Assembly (NCBI GenBank): GCA_031418735.1
Contig: JANOJM010000279.1
Coordinates: 1-25,778, forward strand
Direction of reading: 5' to 3'
Source of the DNA: Nitrospiraceae bacterium
GTDB taxonomy: Bacteria; Nitrospirota; Nitrospiria; Nitrospirales; Nitrospiraceae
Length of the DNA: 25,778 nucleotides
Part shown: piece by piece, positions 7,423 through 16,475 of the stretch
Numbering within the stretch: the stretch's first letter is position 1
How the letters are laid out: every line of letters starts with the position of its first letter
Notes under the pieces: generated by a model
What the model was told of the DNA's origin: nothing
Database searches by the model: none
The model's input: only the letters and a program-made list of their open reading frames with translations
Position numbers and translations under genes: made by a program

Positions 7423-8493
7423 GTGAACCCTCACTCCCGCATTGACAAAGTGGTTTCTACCGGACCAGCGCTACGGCTCTTAGTCCTATCGGATATTGAT
7501 GACTGGGATTTTGGCCGGCGATTGAAAGATTGCGGCCATAATATTGTCGCCTGGGCTCGCCCTAAGTGGAAGCAAGGGCCAAAGTGTGGCGCCCTTCGTC
7601 ATGCGATGAGAACGGCCGTCAGAGCTATTTTGTGCCTACCCAGACCGATAGGGCGCATTACACCGCAATTCAATGCCTGGAAATGGCTGGATGAAGAAAA
7701 GATACCGCGGATACCCTGCCCCAACGTGAACGATCCGAAATTTATTGAGTATGTGAAGGGCTTGAACGTCGATCTTATCGCGGTCTATTTCTTCCCACAG
7801 ATTTTAAAGCCGGCCATGCTCCAAACCCCCCGGTTGGGGGTCATCAATTGTCACCCCTCGCTGCTCCCTCGATACGGAGGACCACATCCGGCATTTTGGA
7901 TGCTCAAGAATGGTGAGTCGATTGCAGGGGTCACCGTTCACATGATGACGGAGGGCATCGATACAGGGGCTATCGTCGCTCAACAAGAGCTACTGATCGG
8001 AGAGGACGAAACGAACGGGCAATTGACGCAGCGGCAACACCGTGCAGCCACGACACTTTTGACTGAAGCCGTCAATGCCATGGCGCAAGGAACCATCGCT
8101 CCCAAGCCACAAAACATCGCGGAACGCAGCTATTTTGGAAAGATGAAAGCGTCCGACACCGTTGTCGATTGGAACGGGTCTGCAAAACAAATTGCAAACC
8201 TGTGGCGCGCGCTACAACCCTATGAACCTCTCGTAGCATGTCTCAATGGCATCACCATCAAGATTTTCGATGCACACCCTCAAGAGGGGCCTCCGTCAGG
8301 GAGAGTTCCTGGAGAAATCATGTCCAAGCAATCGGGGACACTCCTCGTCCAGACCGGCAACGGGTATGTCGAGATCCGGTCCTATGAAATTGAACCGTTT
8401 CACGGTTGGATCAATCGTCTTCTCCAAACGTTCCTGCTGCCTGTCGGCAGCCGTTTTGACCACTGCCCCGTCGGCAGTGGGGCTGGCATATAA
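7423..8493 (+). CDS. Formyltransferase of the Fmt/ArnA-N family (probably not the housekeeping Fmt)
   Basis: INCHPSLLPRYGGPHP...GVTVH...GIDTG catalytic motif plus a C-terminal domain. Lacks the canonical N-terminal FMGTPEFA. Confidence 0.85.
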   Translation: MNPHSRIDKVVSTGPALRLLVLSDIDDWDFGRRLKDCGHNIVAWARPKWKQGPKCGALRHAMRTAVRAILCLPRPIGRITPQFNAWKWLDEEKIPRIPCPNVNDPKFIEYVKGLNVDLIAVYFFPQILKPAMLQTPRLGVINCHPSLLPRYGGPHPAFWMLKNGESIAGVTVHMMTEGIDTGAIVAQQELLIGEDETNGQLTQRQHRAATTLLTEAVNAMAQGTIAPKPQNIAERSYFGKMKASDTVVDWNGSAKQIANLWRALQPYEPLVACLNGITIKIFDAHPQEGPPSGRVPGEIMSKQSGTLLVQTGNGYVEIRSYEIEPFHGWINRLLQTFLLPVGSRFDHCPVGSGAGI

Positions 8494-8502
8494 AGGAATC
8501 TC

Positions 8503-8880
8503 ATGAACAGAATATGCAAATCCGACAGAATCAAGGGCCTCGCCTCTGCTCTGCGTATGACCCTGACAGTCATCGCTTCATTCGGCTGCTTGATTGTCAG
8601 CTCGTTACCGGTCAACGCTGCCGGGCCACTCACGCCATCCGATAAAAAGTCTTTCAAGACAATCCCTTTCGATCCGGCGCCCCCGGAAGCGCAGCGGCGT
8701 GAACTCGAACGGGTGGTCGCCCTCTGCATAAAGACCGTTGGAGAAGAATTACCGGGCGGCCATTTTGAAGCCTCTGTGAACGGCGGTATCGTCAATAGTG
8801 TCGGCATCGATAGGGAACGATTTAAGTTTTGGAAGTGTATGACGGAGAGCGGACACCCGCTTGCTCCAATCAACAAATAG
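8503..8880 (+). CDS. Hypothetical secreted protein
   Basis: AAGGA RBS, signal-peptide-like N-terminus ending VNA, two Cys in the mature part. Confidence 0.7.
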   Translation: MNRICKSDRIKGLASALRMTLTVIASFGCLIVSSLPVNAAGPLTPSDKKSFKTIPFDPAPPEAQRRELERVVALCIKTVGEELPGGHFEASVNGGIVNSVGIDRERFKFWKCMTESGHPLAPINK

Positions 8881-8984
8881 GGTGCCGCAACGGCGTTGAA
8901 CGCAGCCCATGAGTGACAACCGCCCCAAGTGTAACCCCTACCCCTGAGGCTCTCTTTGACTGCAGGAAACAAAAGGTGGATCGC

Positions 8985-9353
8985 ATGACAGGCTCGAACG
9001 CTTTGATTGTCCTTCTCTTGGCCATCACGATGAATATTGCGTCGGGGATGTCGATTGTGCTCGCTGAAGATGCGTTATCTGTCCCGATACAATTGACACC
9101 GTTGAACCAGCCGCCACGAAAAGGGCCGATCCAGGAAGATTCACAAATGGTGAAACCTACGCAGAAGGAGCGAGAGGCTATCCATCAATTGCTTGCGACC
9201 AAACCGCGGCAGAAGGCTCTGCTGAATGCAGATAGGAAATACCTGAAGGGACTGCTCGACAAAGCCGCATGGGTTGGTTTCGAACGACGAATTGTGCATG
9301 AAATGTGGTCAGAGATGAGCGGGAAGGAGTGGCGTGATATTGCGGGGCCTTAA
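8985..9353 (+). CDS. Hypothetical secreted protein
   Basis: AGGTGG RBS before ATG 8985. Hydrophobic signal peptide ending VLA. Confidence 0.65.
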   Translation: MTGSNALIVLLLAITMNIASGMSIVLAEDALSVPIQLTPLNQPPRKGPIQEDSQMVKPTQKEREAIHQLLATKPRQKALLNADRKYLKGLLDKAAWVGFERRIVHEMWSEMSGKEWRDIAGP

Positions 9354-9383
9354 CCCGCATTACGACAAATTGGAATCGGCACA

Positions 9384-9701
9384 ATGAAGTGGACCGTCTA
9401 TATCCTGGAATGTTCGGACAACAGCCTGTACACCGGCATCACCATTGATCTTGAGCGACGACTGGAAGAGCACAGAACAGGCCGGGGCGCAAAGTACACG
9501 AAACACCGAAATCCGTTGACGGTCCGGTATACCGAACATCGACGCACCAAAAGCGAGGCGCTCACACGTGAAGCCGCAATCAAATCCCTCGTCCGCTCAG
9601 AAAAACTGGCACTCATCGCCACTCAGCCCGCAACCTGGCTCTCTGAGCCAATCGATGGGCCGTTGACCAAGCCTCTCCATCGGCGTACCATCATCACCTG
9701 A
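9384..9701 (+). CDS. GIY-YIG nuclease family protein (YazA/YhbQ-like)
   Basis: WTVYILECSDNSLYTGITIDLERRLEEH...GAKYT...EALTREAAIK. Confidence 0.92.
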   Translation: MKWTVYILECSDNSLYTGITIDLERRLEEHRTGRGAKYTKHRNPLTVRYTEHRRTKSEALTREAAIKSLVRSEKLALIATQPATWLSEPIDGPLTKPLHRRTIIT

Positions 9702-10089
9702 CGTTCCAGTGACGGTGGCTGCTGAACCTTCCGCACGCTACTACTCGTCATCCCGCGCGCCGGATCTCACACAGCCCCTGCACTCCTACGCCGGACTCTT
9801 TTCAGAACGCATCACCGCATGAATTCTAGCCCTTTTGAACGAGGGTTCAATGGTGACTGTCAGCCGCCGAGCCCTCCATCCCCTCTTGGCGCCGATCCTT
9901 GCGTCAACTGTCTGTCCCACGCTTACATCACATCCAGTTCCGACCGGTGAGACTGCGTCCTTGCTCGACACATCATGCGAACGAGGAGTTCGGCATGATC
10001 TATCCCGGACCGAAAACCACGCTACCAATGGGAGGAGGTCGTATTTGAAATTGCGGTGAACATCCGAACATCAGAGGAAGGGTCTGATC

Positions 10090-10329
10090 ATGGCTTCACA
10101 TACACCTGTGACTGATCGCATTCTCGGAACAGTCCAACGCACGCATGGGTGCGACCTGGATACCTTGACGAACAGTCTCACCGACCTGTCCTGGGGCCAG
10201 GTCTTTCTTGAAGTCGATCGGCTGAGCCGGGAAGGACAAGTACTGGTAACACTCGGCGCCGGAGGCCGCTACCTGATCCGGTTGCCGGATCACGACAGAG
10301 AGTCCGAGCACAGCCTCGTCCGTTCCTAA
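10090..10329 (+). CDS. Small hypothetical protein, winged-helix-like
   Basis: GAGGAAGG RBS. Pattern helix-helix-helix (LSWGQVFLEVDRLSREG) followed by a beta-hairpin (VLVTL...YLIRL). Confidence 0.65.
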   Translation: MASHTPVTDRILGTVQRTHGCDLDTLTNSLTDLSWGQVFLEVDRLSREGQVLVTLGAGGRYLIRLPDHDRESEHSLVRS

Positions 10330-10447
10330 TCGACGAATAGGGCGCAGGGGATCGCGAGCGACGCAAGGTTTCTCATGCTTGTTCACGCCTGTGGTATAGG
10401 CCTGCCTCCATAGCCTCCATTCCAGCTCTCCCCTTTCTCTCTTCAGA

Positions 10448-10509
10448 GGGCGGCCTGGATCGGTCCTATCGTGCGCGTTCCGCGAGCACAGGGACCGACC
10501 AGGCCGCCC
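10448..10509. repeat. Long GC-rich hairpin (REP-like or bidirectional terminator) between convergent genes
   Basis: GGGCGGCCTGG(A)TCGGTCC pairs with GGACCGACCAGGCCGCCC (18 bp, 1 bulge), with an inner GTGC/GCAC stem. Confidence 0.7.
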
Positions 10510-10518
10510 CCTTCTCTT

Positions 10519-11154
10519 CTATTCGAACAGCTTCCTCACCCCCGCTTTAATCTGGTCCAGGCCTTCACGCAAGTCAGCCTCAAGCACATCGGCCTTGGCC
10601 TGCACCACCACGCGCTTGGCCTTGAGCTGGTCCTTAAACAACACCAGCTTGGTCAGTAGCTCTTCCTTCTTCCACTCCAACGTGACCTGCTGCTTATCTT
10701 TCTCACTTTCAAACCGATCCTTGAGTGCCTCAAACTCAGCTTCGAGCTTGCTCGTCCGGCCCACGAGATCCTCCCAGACCTTGCCTGACTCAAACGTAGC
10801 CCCTCTTAGTTTCTGTTCTGCAACTGATTCGAATTCATTCAGCGCCTTGAGAATCTTTGTCCTCTGTTCCTCAAACACATCACGGGCGTCCGCTTTACCG
10901 AGGGCCAACTGGACTTGAAGATGCTCGAGCTTGGCCTGCACCTCCATTTTTGCTTGCCCGGCTATGTCCTTCGACTTCTGCACGTCGGCCTGGACTTGCT
11001 TGAGCAGATCCCGCAGCTGTTGCTTACGCTGTTCCAGCCCCTGTAGCGCCTGATCTTTCGTCCGGGTGAGTTGCGCTTCCAGCGCCAGAGCCTGATGCTC
11101 CAACGCATCCATCTTCTTGTCGAACGACGCTCTGAGCTCTGTGATTCGCGACAT
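10519..11154 (-). CDS. All-helical coiled-coil hypothetical protein
   Basis: AGGAGG RBS. K/E/Q/L-rich heptad pattern throughout. Co-oriented 52 bp after the HglS-like gene. Confidence 0.8.
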   Translation of the reverse strand: MSRITELRASFDKKMDALEHQALALEAQLTRTKDQALQGLEQRKQQLRDLLKQVQADVQKSKDIAGQAKMEVQAKLEHLQVQLALGKADARDVFEEQRTKILKALNEFESVAEQKLRGATFESGKVWEDLVGRTSKLEAEFEALKDRFESEKDKQQVTLEWKKEELLTKLVLFKDQLKAKRVVVQAKADVLEADLREGLDQIKAGVRKLFE

Positions 11155-11205
11155 GAGGCCCTCCTTTGGTGTGAAAGGGAAAAGATTGGCCGGTGAGGCA
11201 GGACG

Positions 11206-11802
11206 CTACCGAATCGCAGTGGATTTCATTAAACTGTCTGCCTGAGGAGGCGAGAACCCCTGGTATCCTCTGTGGCGCTCGGCAAGTTCCAATACGGAAA
11301 AGGGCTGCCCGTCCACCATCTCCGGCATGGTGAAGATTTGCCGTAGCTGGCCACCGCGGGCACCGACGATCTGGCTGGTAAAGACCACCCCTTGTGTCTT
11401 CAACCGTTCAATCGCCTGCTCGATGTCTTCCACGCGCACCGCCACATGGTGGAACACTTGGTCGCCAAACTTATTGACCCAACCAGGGATGATGCTCGAG
11501 CGACCCCGCTCGTCGGAGTACGCTTGATCCACGAAGAGCGCCGGGTACCCAACCTTCCGATAGACCTTCGCATACCAGTCTTGATATTCAATCGTTTCAC
11601 TGTACCCATATCCAAGCCTCGTGAATTCCTCCGCCCGCTGATCGATATTCAACGTTCTCAACGTGAGATGATCTGCGACCGGGTAGAAACCAACCCCCGC
11701 CTTGTCCAGCGAGTCCTGCAACACTTTGGCTGCCTGATTGTGCGACACATAGTCGTCGATCATCCGACTGATCAACACATCGAGTTCAACGCCTTGATCC
11801 AT
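11206..11802 (-). CDS. Compact DUF1338/HglS-like VOC-fold metalloenzyme (candidate 2-oxoadipate dioxygenase/decarboxylase)
   Basis: DHLTLRT, LGY, AKVY, PALFVDQ, HHVAVRV, GGQLRQIFT, LELAER and YQGFSPPQADSLMKST parallel the DUF1338 motifs NDHxAxRT...NHFTVS...EQSST...YEFAKR...GFxxxSADKIFEST (recalled from memory). GGAGG RBS before ATG 11802. Confidence 0.7.
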   Translation of the reverse strand: MDQGVELDVLISRMIDDYVSHNQAAKVLQDSLDKAGVGFYPVADHLTLRTLNIDQRAEEFTRLGYGYSETIEYQDWYAKVYRKVGYPALFVDQAYSDERGRSSIIPGWVNKFGDQVFHHVAVRVEDIEQAIERLKTQGVVFTSQIVGARGGQLRQIFTMPEMVDGQPFSVLELAERHRGYQGFSPPQADSLMKSTAIR

Positions 11803-11828
11803 GATGGCTGCCTCCATGGCTACGGATA

Positions 11829-11899
11829 GTCATTCGTCACTGGTCATGGCAAAAGCTGCTTCTCGGTCTGCCTCTGCATTTCTCCCATTGACCAATGAC
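11829..11899. repeat. Heptamer (GTCAyTG-type) inverted array
   Basis: GTCATTC-GTCACTG-GTCATGG ... CCATTGA-CCAATGA-C. Confidence 0.75.
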
Positions 11900-11905
11900 T
11901 TCTTT

Positions 11906-13435
11906 TTACTCCCCGAACTTTATCCCCTGGGCCAACGGTAAATCGTGACCCCAATTAATCGTGTTCGTCTGCCGCCTCATGTAGGCTTTCCAGGCATCCG
12001 AGCCGGCTTCGCGTCCTCCGCCGGTTTCCTTTTCGCCTCCAAAGGCGCCGCCGATTTCCGCTCCTGACGTCCCGATGTTCACATTGGCGATCCCGCAGTC
12101 GCTGCCGGCGGTGGACGTAAATCGCTCGCTGCTCCGCACGTCGGACGTAAAAATCGCAGAAGACAGCCCTTGGGGGACCGCATTCTGCATCGCAATGACA
12201 TCGTCAAGTTCCTTGAAGGGCATCACATAGAGAATCGGCGCAAAGGTTTCGCGCTGGACGATGGGCCAATGGTTCTCCGCTTTCACGATGGCCGGTTCCA
12301 CGAAATAGCCAGGCTGATCCAGCACCTGTCCCCCATAGAGGACTTTCCCTCCCGCCTGCTTGACCTCTTCAATCGCCTTTCGATAGGCCTCGACCGCATC
12401 TCGATCGATCAGCGGCCCCAGGAGGACGCCTGGCTCCAATGGATTGCCGATGTGTATCTGTTTGTATGCCGCGATCAGCTTCGCGACCACTTCATCGTAC
12501 CGAGCCTCATGGACAAATAACCGTCTGGTCGTCGTACAACGTTGGCCGGCGGTACCGACTGCCCCAAACAGGATGGCGCGAATCGCCAAGGAGAGGTCCG
12601 CCGTCTGATCCACGATGATCGCGTTGTTGCCGCTCAGCTCCAAGAGCGTCCGCCCCAACCGTTGCGCGACGGTCGAGGCCACAGCTCGACCGACCGGAAC
12701 CGACCCAGTGAACGAGATCAACGGCAACCGGCGATCCTTCACCAACTTCTCCGCGATGGCCTTCTCGCCCGTGATGATCAGTGAGAAAATCCCTCGATAG
12801 CCCTGCTGTTCCATCACCCGGTTACAGAGGTGCTGCACCGCAATCGCGCAGAGCGGCGCTTTCGGAGAAGGCTTCCACACCACCGTATCTCCGGCAATCG
12901 CAGCCAGGAAGGCATTCCAGGCCCAGACCGCAACGGGGAAATTGAAGGCGGTAATCACGCCAACCGGTCCAAGCGGATGCCATTGCTCCGACATCCGATG
13001 CTGCGCCCGCTCGGAATGCATCGTCGTTCCATACAACATGCGCGACTGGCCCACGGCAAAGTCCGCCATATCGATCATTTCCTGGACTTCACCGTCTCCC
13101 TCCGCCTTGATCTTGCCGACCTCAAGCGACACCAGCGAACCGAGCAAATCCTTATGCTCCCGCAACGATGCACCGATCAGCCGGACGAGCTCTCCCCGTT
13201 TGGGAGCCGGGACCAGCCTCCATTGCTGAAATGCCGCAATAGACTCCCTCACGATGTGCTCATAGTCATCGGCTGAACAGCCGTGAGTTTTTGCAATCGT
13301 CTCGCCTGTCGCTGGATTCACGGACTCCAGCTGCGCGGCGTTCTCGCCGGAAGCCCACCAATGTGTTCCGGTACTACCGCCGGAGTTGACTGCGCTCAAG
13401 CCCAATCCCTTGAGGATTTCCCCGGTGGACATCAT
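11906..13435 (-). CDS. amaB: ALDH7-family aldehyde dehydrogenase (2-aminoadipate semialdehyde / P6C dehydrogenase)
   Basis: [27 protein letters not shown] (catalytic Glu), [10 protein letters not shown] (catalytic Cys), [19 protein letters not shown]. The true start overlaps the upstream stop as ATGA (13435-13432). Confidence 0.9.
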   Translation of the reverse strand: MMSTGEILKGLGLSAVNSGGSTGTHWWASGENAAQLESVNPATGETIAKTHGCSADDYEHIVRESIAAFQQWRLVPAPKRGELVRLIGASLREHKDLLGSLVSLEVGKIKAEGDGEVQEMIDMADFAVGQSRMLYGTTMHSERAQHRMSEQWHPLGPVGVITAFNFPVAVWAWNAFLAAIAGDTVVWKPSPKAPLCAIAVQHLCNRVMEQQGYRGIFSLIITGEKAIAEKLVKDRRLPLISFTGSVPVGRAVASTVAQRLGRTLLELSGNNAIIVDQTADLSLAIRAILFGAVGTAGQRCTTTRRLFVHEARYDEVVAKLIAAYKQIHIGNPLEPGVLLGPLIDRDAVEAYRKAIEEVKQAGGKVLYGGQVLDQPGYFVEPAIVKAENHWPIVQRETFAPILYVMPFKELDDVIAMQNAVPQGLSSAIFTSDVRSSERFTSTAGSDCGIANVNIGTSGAEIGGAFGGEKETGGGREAGSDAWKAYMRRQTNTINWGHDLPLAQGIKFGE

Positions 13436-14520
13436 TTGTAGCAGGCTCCAAATCGATTCTTGAGCACATCTTGTAACGGAAAGGATTCCTGGGTCACGAA
13501 TCCTTTGTACTGTGTAGGAGCCGCCAGCACGAGGTCGGCGACAGCGCAGAGGCTCGATGCGGTGGTCACTTGAATGGCGGACCACAGCTTCCCTTTAATG
13601 CATTGGGGATAGATCTTCTTCACGTAGTTCTCCTCGAACAAGGCGCCTTCTCTCATGCCCATGACTGAGGTATAGATCAACACAACATCCTGTAAGGTCT
13701 GGGGAACGGCCCGTTCAAGAATTCGCTTGAGCGTCTCACGGTCCTCGTTCAGCTTGAGATCGTTCATCAAGAGGTGAATCTTTTCGCAATGGCCTGGATA
13801 CCGTAGCGTCTTATAGTTCATGGTCCGGACTTTCCCCGCATAGGTATCGGCCAGCGTACCCAATCCTCCGGAGGTGTTGAATGCTTCGTAGAGGAGTCCA
13901 TCCACTTCGATCGTCTCATACCCTTCGAGCGGCAAGAGGGACACCTTCTCTCCCCCTTCAATTCCGTAGCAGATGTTGCCGTACTCGTTGATCAGCCCAT
14001 CGGTGGACCAGGTCAGCGAGTATTTGAGGGCATTACTGGGATGGACCGGCAAGGCTCCAACCCGCATCTTGACCGTATCCACCGTATCGAAATGAGTGAT
14101 CAAGTCGTGCGCGGCAATGCTGATGAAACCAGGGGCCAAACCGCATTGCGGCACAAAGGCTTGCGGGGAGTCGGCACTGAGGACTTTGACCTGATTGGTG
14201 ACCTCGACGTCCTCCGTCAGGTCGAAATAATGAAGCCGGTGTTCACGGGCCAGTCCAGCGACAACGGGATTACAGAAATAGGGCAGGCTCGATAGAACCG
14301 CATCGAATCGATGTGCCGTCATGCATGCGCTGACCGCGTCGGGATGTCGGACGTCGAGGTGCAGGGGGGTCACTCGCGAGAGACCGAGATCCTCGACAAG
14401 CTGCTTGGGAACGTCGAGACTGATGTCACCGAGAAAGACCTCGTAATCCCCGCTTTCTGACAAGAGACAGGCAACCAGGGATCCGATTTTCCCGGCGCCC
14501 AGGACAAGTACACGATGCAT
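13432..14520 (-). CDS. Saccharopine dehydrogenase family, L-lysine 6-dehydrogenase-like
   Basis: Rossmann motif [10 protein letters not shown], plus [34 protein letters not shown] and [16 protein letters not shown] before ATG 14520. Confidence 0.88.
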   Translation of the reverse strand: MHRVLVLGAGKIGSLVACLLSESGDYEVFLGDISLDVPKQLVEDLGLSRVTPLHLDVRHPDAVSACMTAHRFDAVLSSLPYFCNPVVAGLAREHRLHYFDLTEDVEVTNQVKVLSADSPQAFVPQCGLAPGFISIAAHDLITHFDTVDTVKMRVGALPVHPSNALKYSLTWSTDGLINEYGNICYGIEGGEKVSLLPLEGYETIEVDGLLYEAFNTSGGLGTLADTYAGKVRTMNYKTLRYPGHCEKIHLLMNDLKLNEDRETLKRILERAVPQTLQDVVLIYTSVMGMREGALFEENYVKKIYPQCIKGKLWSAIQVTTASSLCAVADLVLAAPTQYKGFVTQESFPLQDVLKNRFGACYK

Positions 14521-14727
14521 AGTTGGCCTCACTTTGGGTCAGTATACTCCTGCCCTAGCAGGCTCCGGAAACCTTTTTGCAAACTGAACCCTCTATCTTC
14601 AAATGGCGCTTCACGCGCCATGATCGTGAGAGAAAAGTAGTCTAACACATTGACTTGTATGAACATATCAACCATGAAGCGGGAACTGACTTTGTGTTAT
14701 CCTAACGTACTGTCAGGAGCAATGGTT

Positions 14728-14976
14728 ATGTTACGCATGCCTTCTCGAGTCGTACTTCCGTTCGGTTATCGGATCTCCATCCGCCAACTATCCGATACCG
14801 ATATGGACCGTCGGGATCCGAATGCCGACGGAATCTGGGACGACGCCACGAAGACCATTTATCTTCGCAAGCGCTTACCCGTAACCAGACGGCGCTACAT
14901 TCTCGCCCACGAACTTGGCCATGCCTGGCTCGACTGGCAGCATCGGCACTTAGATAACGGCAAAGCCAAAACTTAA
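14728..14976 (+). CDS. Minimal ImmA/IrrE-family metallopeptidase (82 aa)
   Basis: GIWDDATKTIYLRKRLPVTRRRYILAHELGHAW (HExxH). AGGAG RBS 8 nt before ATG 14728. Confidence 0.8.
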   Translation: MLRMPSRVVLPFGYRISIRQLSDTDMDRRDPNADGIWDDATKTIYLRKRLPVTRRRYILAHELGHAWLDWQHRHLDNGKAKT

Positions 14977-14977
14977 T

Positions 14978-15100
14978 AGGATGCTGAAAAAGTCCGCCAG
15001 CGGCGTTCTCAGTCGCTCGTCTCCCTGCAACGTACCCCAAGGGTACGCTTCAGTCGCCGAGCTCCCTGCGGCCTTGCTGGACGGACTTTTTGAGCATCCT
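14978..15100. mobile_element. 123-bp MITE-like element
   Basis: Terminal IRs AGGATGCTGAAAAAGTCCG / CGGACTTTTTGAGCATCCT (18/19), internal hairpin CGTACCC-CAA-GGGTACG, no ORF of note. Sits between convergent genes. Confidence 0.8.
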
Positions 15101-15170
15101 GCAACATCCTCTTCTCGTGCATGATACGCGCGGGGCCAATGAAATTCTTGAATGCCCAATAGTTGCTCAC

Positions 15171-15653
15171 CTAACTGCTCTTAGCCCCGGCTAACTTGAG
15201 CACTACCGCCCATTCGGTTTCTGTCACTGGCTGAACCGAGAGGCGTGAGCCTTTTCGCAATAAGACCATGCCCTTCAGCTTCGATTCCTGCCTCAGTCGA
15301 TCGAGCGACAGGCTGGTCTTAAAGGTCTGACGATACCGGATGTCCACCATGTCCCACCGCGGAGCAGAGGGAACACTGGCTGCGTCGTAGTGGTGGCTGG
15401 TCTTGTCGAACTGGGTCTGGTCTGGATAGGCAGTCCGCACAACCTCCGCAATCCCCACCACAGCCGGCGGCTCGGCGTTGCTATGATAAAAAAACACCTG
15501 GTCTCCGACGGCCATCTCGCGCATGAAGTTGCGCGCCTGATAGTTCCGCACCCCATCCCAACAGGTCGTCTGTTTGGGAGATCGCGCAAGATCGTCGATC
15601 GAAAATACCCGTGGTTCTGATTTCATCAGCCAATAACGGCGCCCCTGTACCAT
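15171..15653 (-). CDS. EVE domain-containing protein (THYN1-like)
   Basis: YWLMKSEP, WDGVRNYQARNFMREMAVGDQVFFYHS and RLSVQPV motifs. GAGGTG RBS. Confidence 0.95.
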   Translation of the reverse strand: MVQGRRYWLMKSEPRVFSIDDLARSPKQTTCWDGVRNYQARNFMREMAVGDQVFFYHSNAEPPAVVGIAEVVRTAYPDQTQFDKTSHHYDAASVPSAPRWDMVDIRYRQTFKTSLSLDRLRQESKLKGMVLLRKGSRLSVQPVTETEWAVVLKLAGAKSS

Positions 15654-15859
15654 CGCATCACCTCTTCCTGTTTGGTCATTCAACGCATTGCCTGTATGCT
15701 GGTCGGCGCTGGCCCCTTGCTGATGGCCCTGTTGAGTAGCCTGCGAGATGCTCGCTTCTTGTCCATGACACGCAGGTGAGCAGCCCGAGCCATGAGTACT
15801 AGTCTAGTGACAGAGAATCATTCACAGGGTTGCACATCGTTGAAGGAACAAGTCATGTC

Positions 15860-16237
15860 TCATCGATCGCTTTCCCGATCCTGTGTTTCCATATATTGAA
15901 TCAGCGCCCGATAGGTTAGCTCCCTGACCCTCGCCTTTCCGGCAACCTGGCTCCCGAAATTTCCCTCCAGCCATACCCGGTCGGACACCTGAGTCGTCGC
16001 GTCATTGCAGAGACCCCACATGTGGTGGAGAAAGCCCTCCGGCAGACCCACTTGCATACCTTCAGATTCAATACGGTCATCCAGTAACGCGAGAAGATCG
16101 GAAATCGCCTGGTCCGGCCGATAGGGCATCACGGCGAATCCAAACTGCTCCTGTGCGAGTGTCTCCTGCTTTGCCTGCTCGACCAAATCATTCATGTACT
16201 CTTTGAGCAAGCCCACCACATGACCCGACAGTGCCAT
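15860..16237 (-). CDS. Hypothetical protein (125 aa)
   Basis: AAGGAG RBS before ATG 16237 (MALSGHVVGLLKEYM...). Helical, acidic composition. Confidence 0.75.
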   Translation of the reverse strand: MALSGHVVGLLKEYMNDLVEQAKQETLAQEQFGFAVMPYRPDQAISDLLALLDDRIESEGMQVGLPEGFLHHMWGLCNDATTQVSDRVWLEGNFGSQVAGKARVRELTYRALIQYMETQDRESDR

Positions 16238-16292
16238 ACCGTTCTCCTTTTCCGACATTATGGGGATGTGCAGGAAAGGGAGCAAGAACCAG

Positions 16293-16395
16293 CTGGTTGA
16301 TTTGGTTTATCTGGCTCGTTTCGTTCAACCAAAAAACCAGACAAACCAAACAGACCAAATGAACAAGACAAGCTGGCGGACTTTTTCAGCATCCT
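16293..16395. repeat. 9-mer hairpin array fused to a solo MITE terminus
   Basis: CTGGTTGAT-TTGGTTTAT-CTGGCTCGT ... AACCAAAAA-ACCAGACAA-ACCAAACAG-ACCAAATGA, then GCTGGCGGACTTTTTCAGCATCCT (16372-16395), the exact reverse complement of 14978-15001. Confidence 0.8.
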
Positions 16396-16475
16396 GCGCG
16401 GGTCATGCGGTTGACCAGCCAACGAACGGTTCTCTATGATGCCGACCATGCGGCTGCATGCGGGGAGAAGTTGCG

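Noticed and set aside
9995-10048. 17-aa small ORF with a GAGGAG RBS (MIYPGPKTTLPMGGGRI)
   Set aside because: It is too short to support without conservation or ribosome profiling data.
13436-13585. Extended N-terminus of ALDH (GTG 13585)
   Set aside because: It overlaps the upstream dehydrogenase by 150 bp; the ATGA coupling at 13435 is the natural start.
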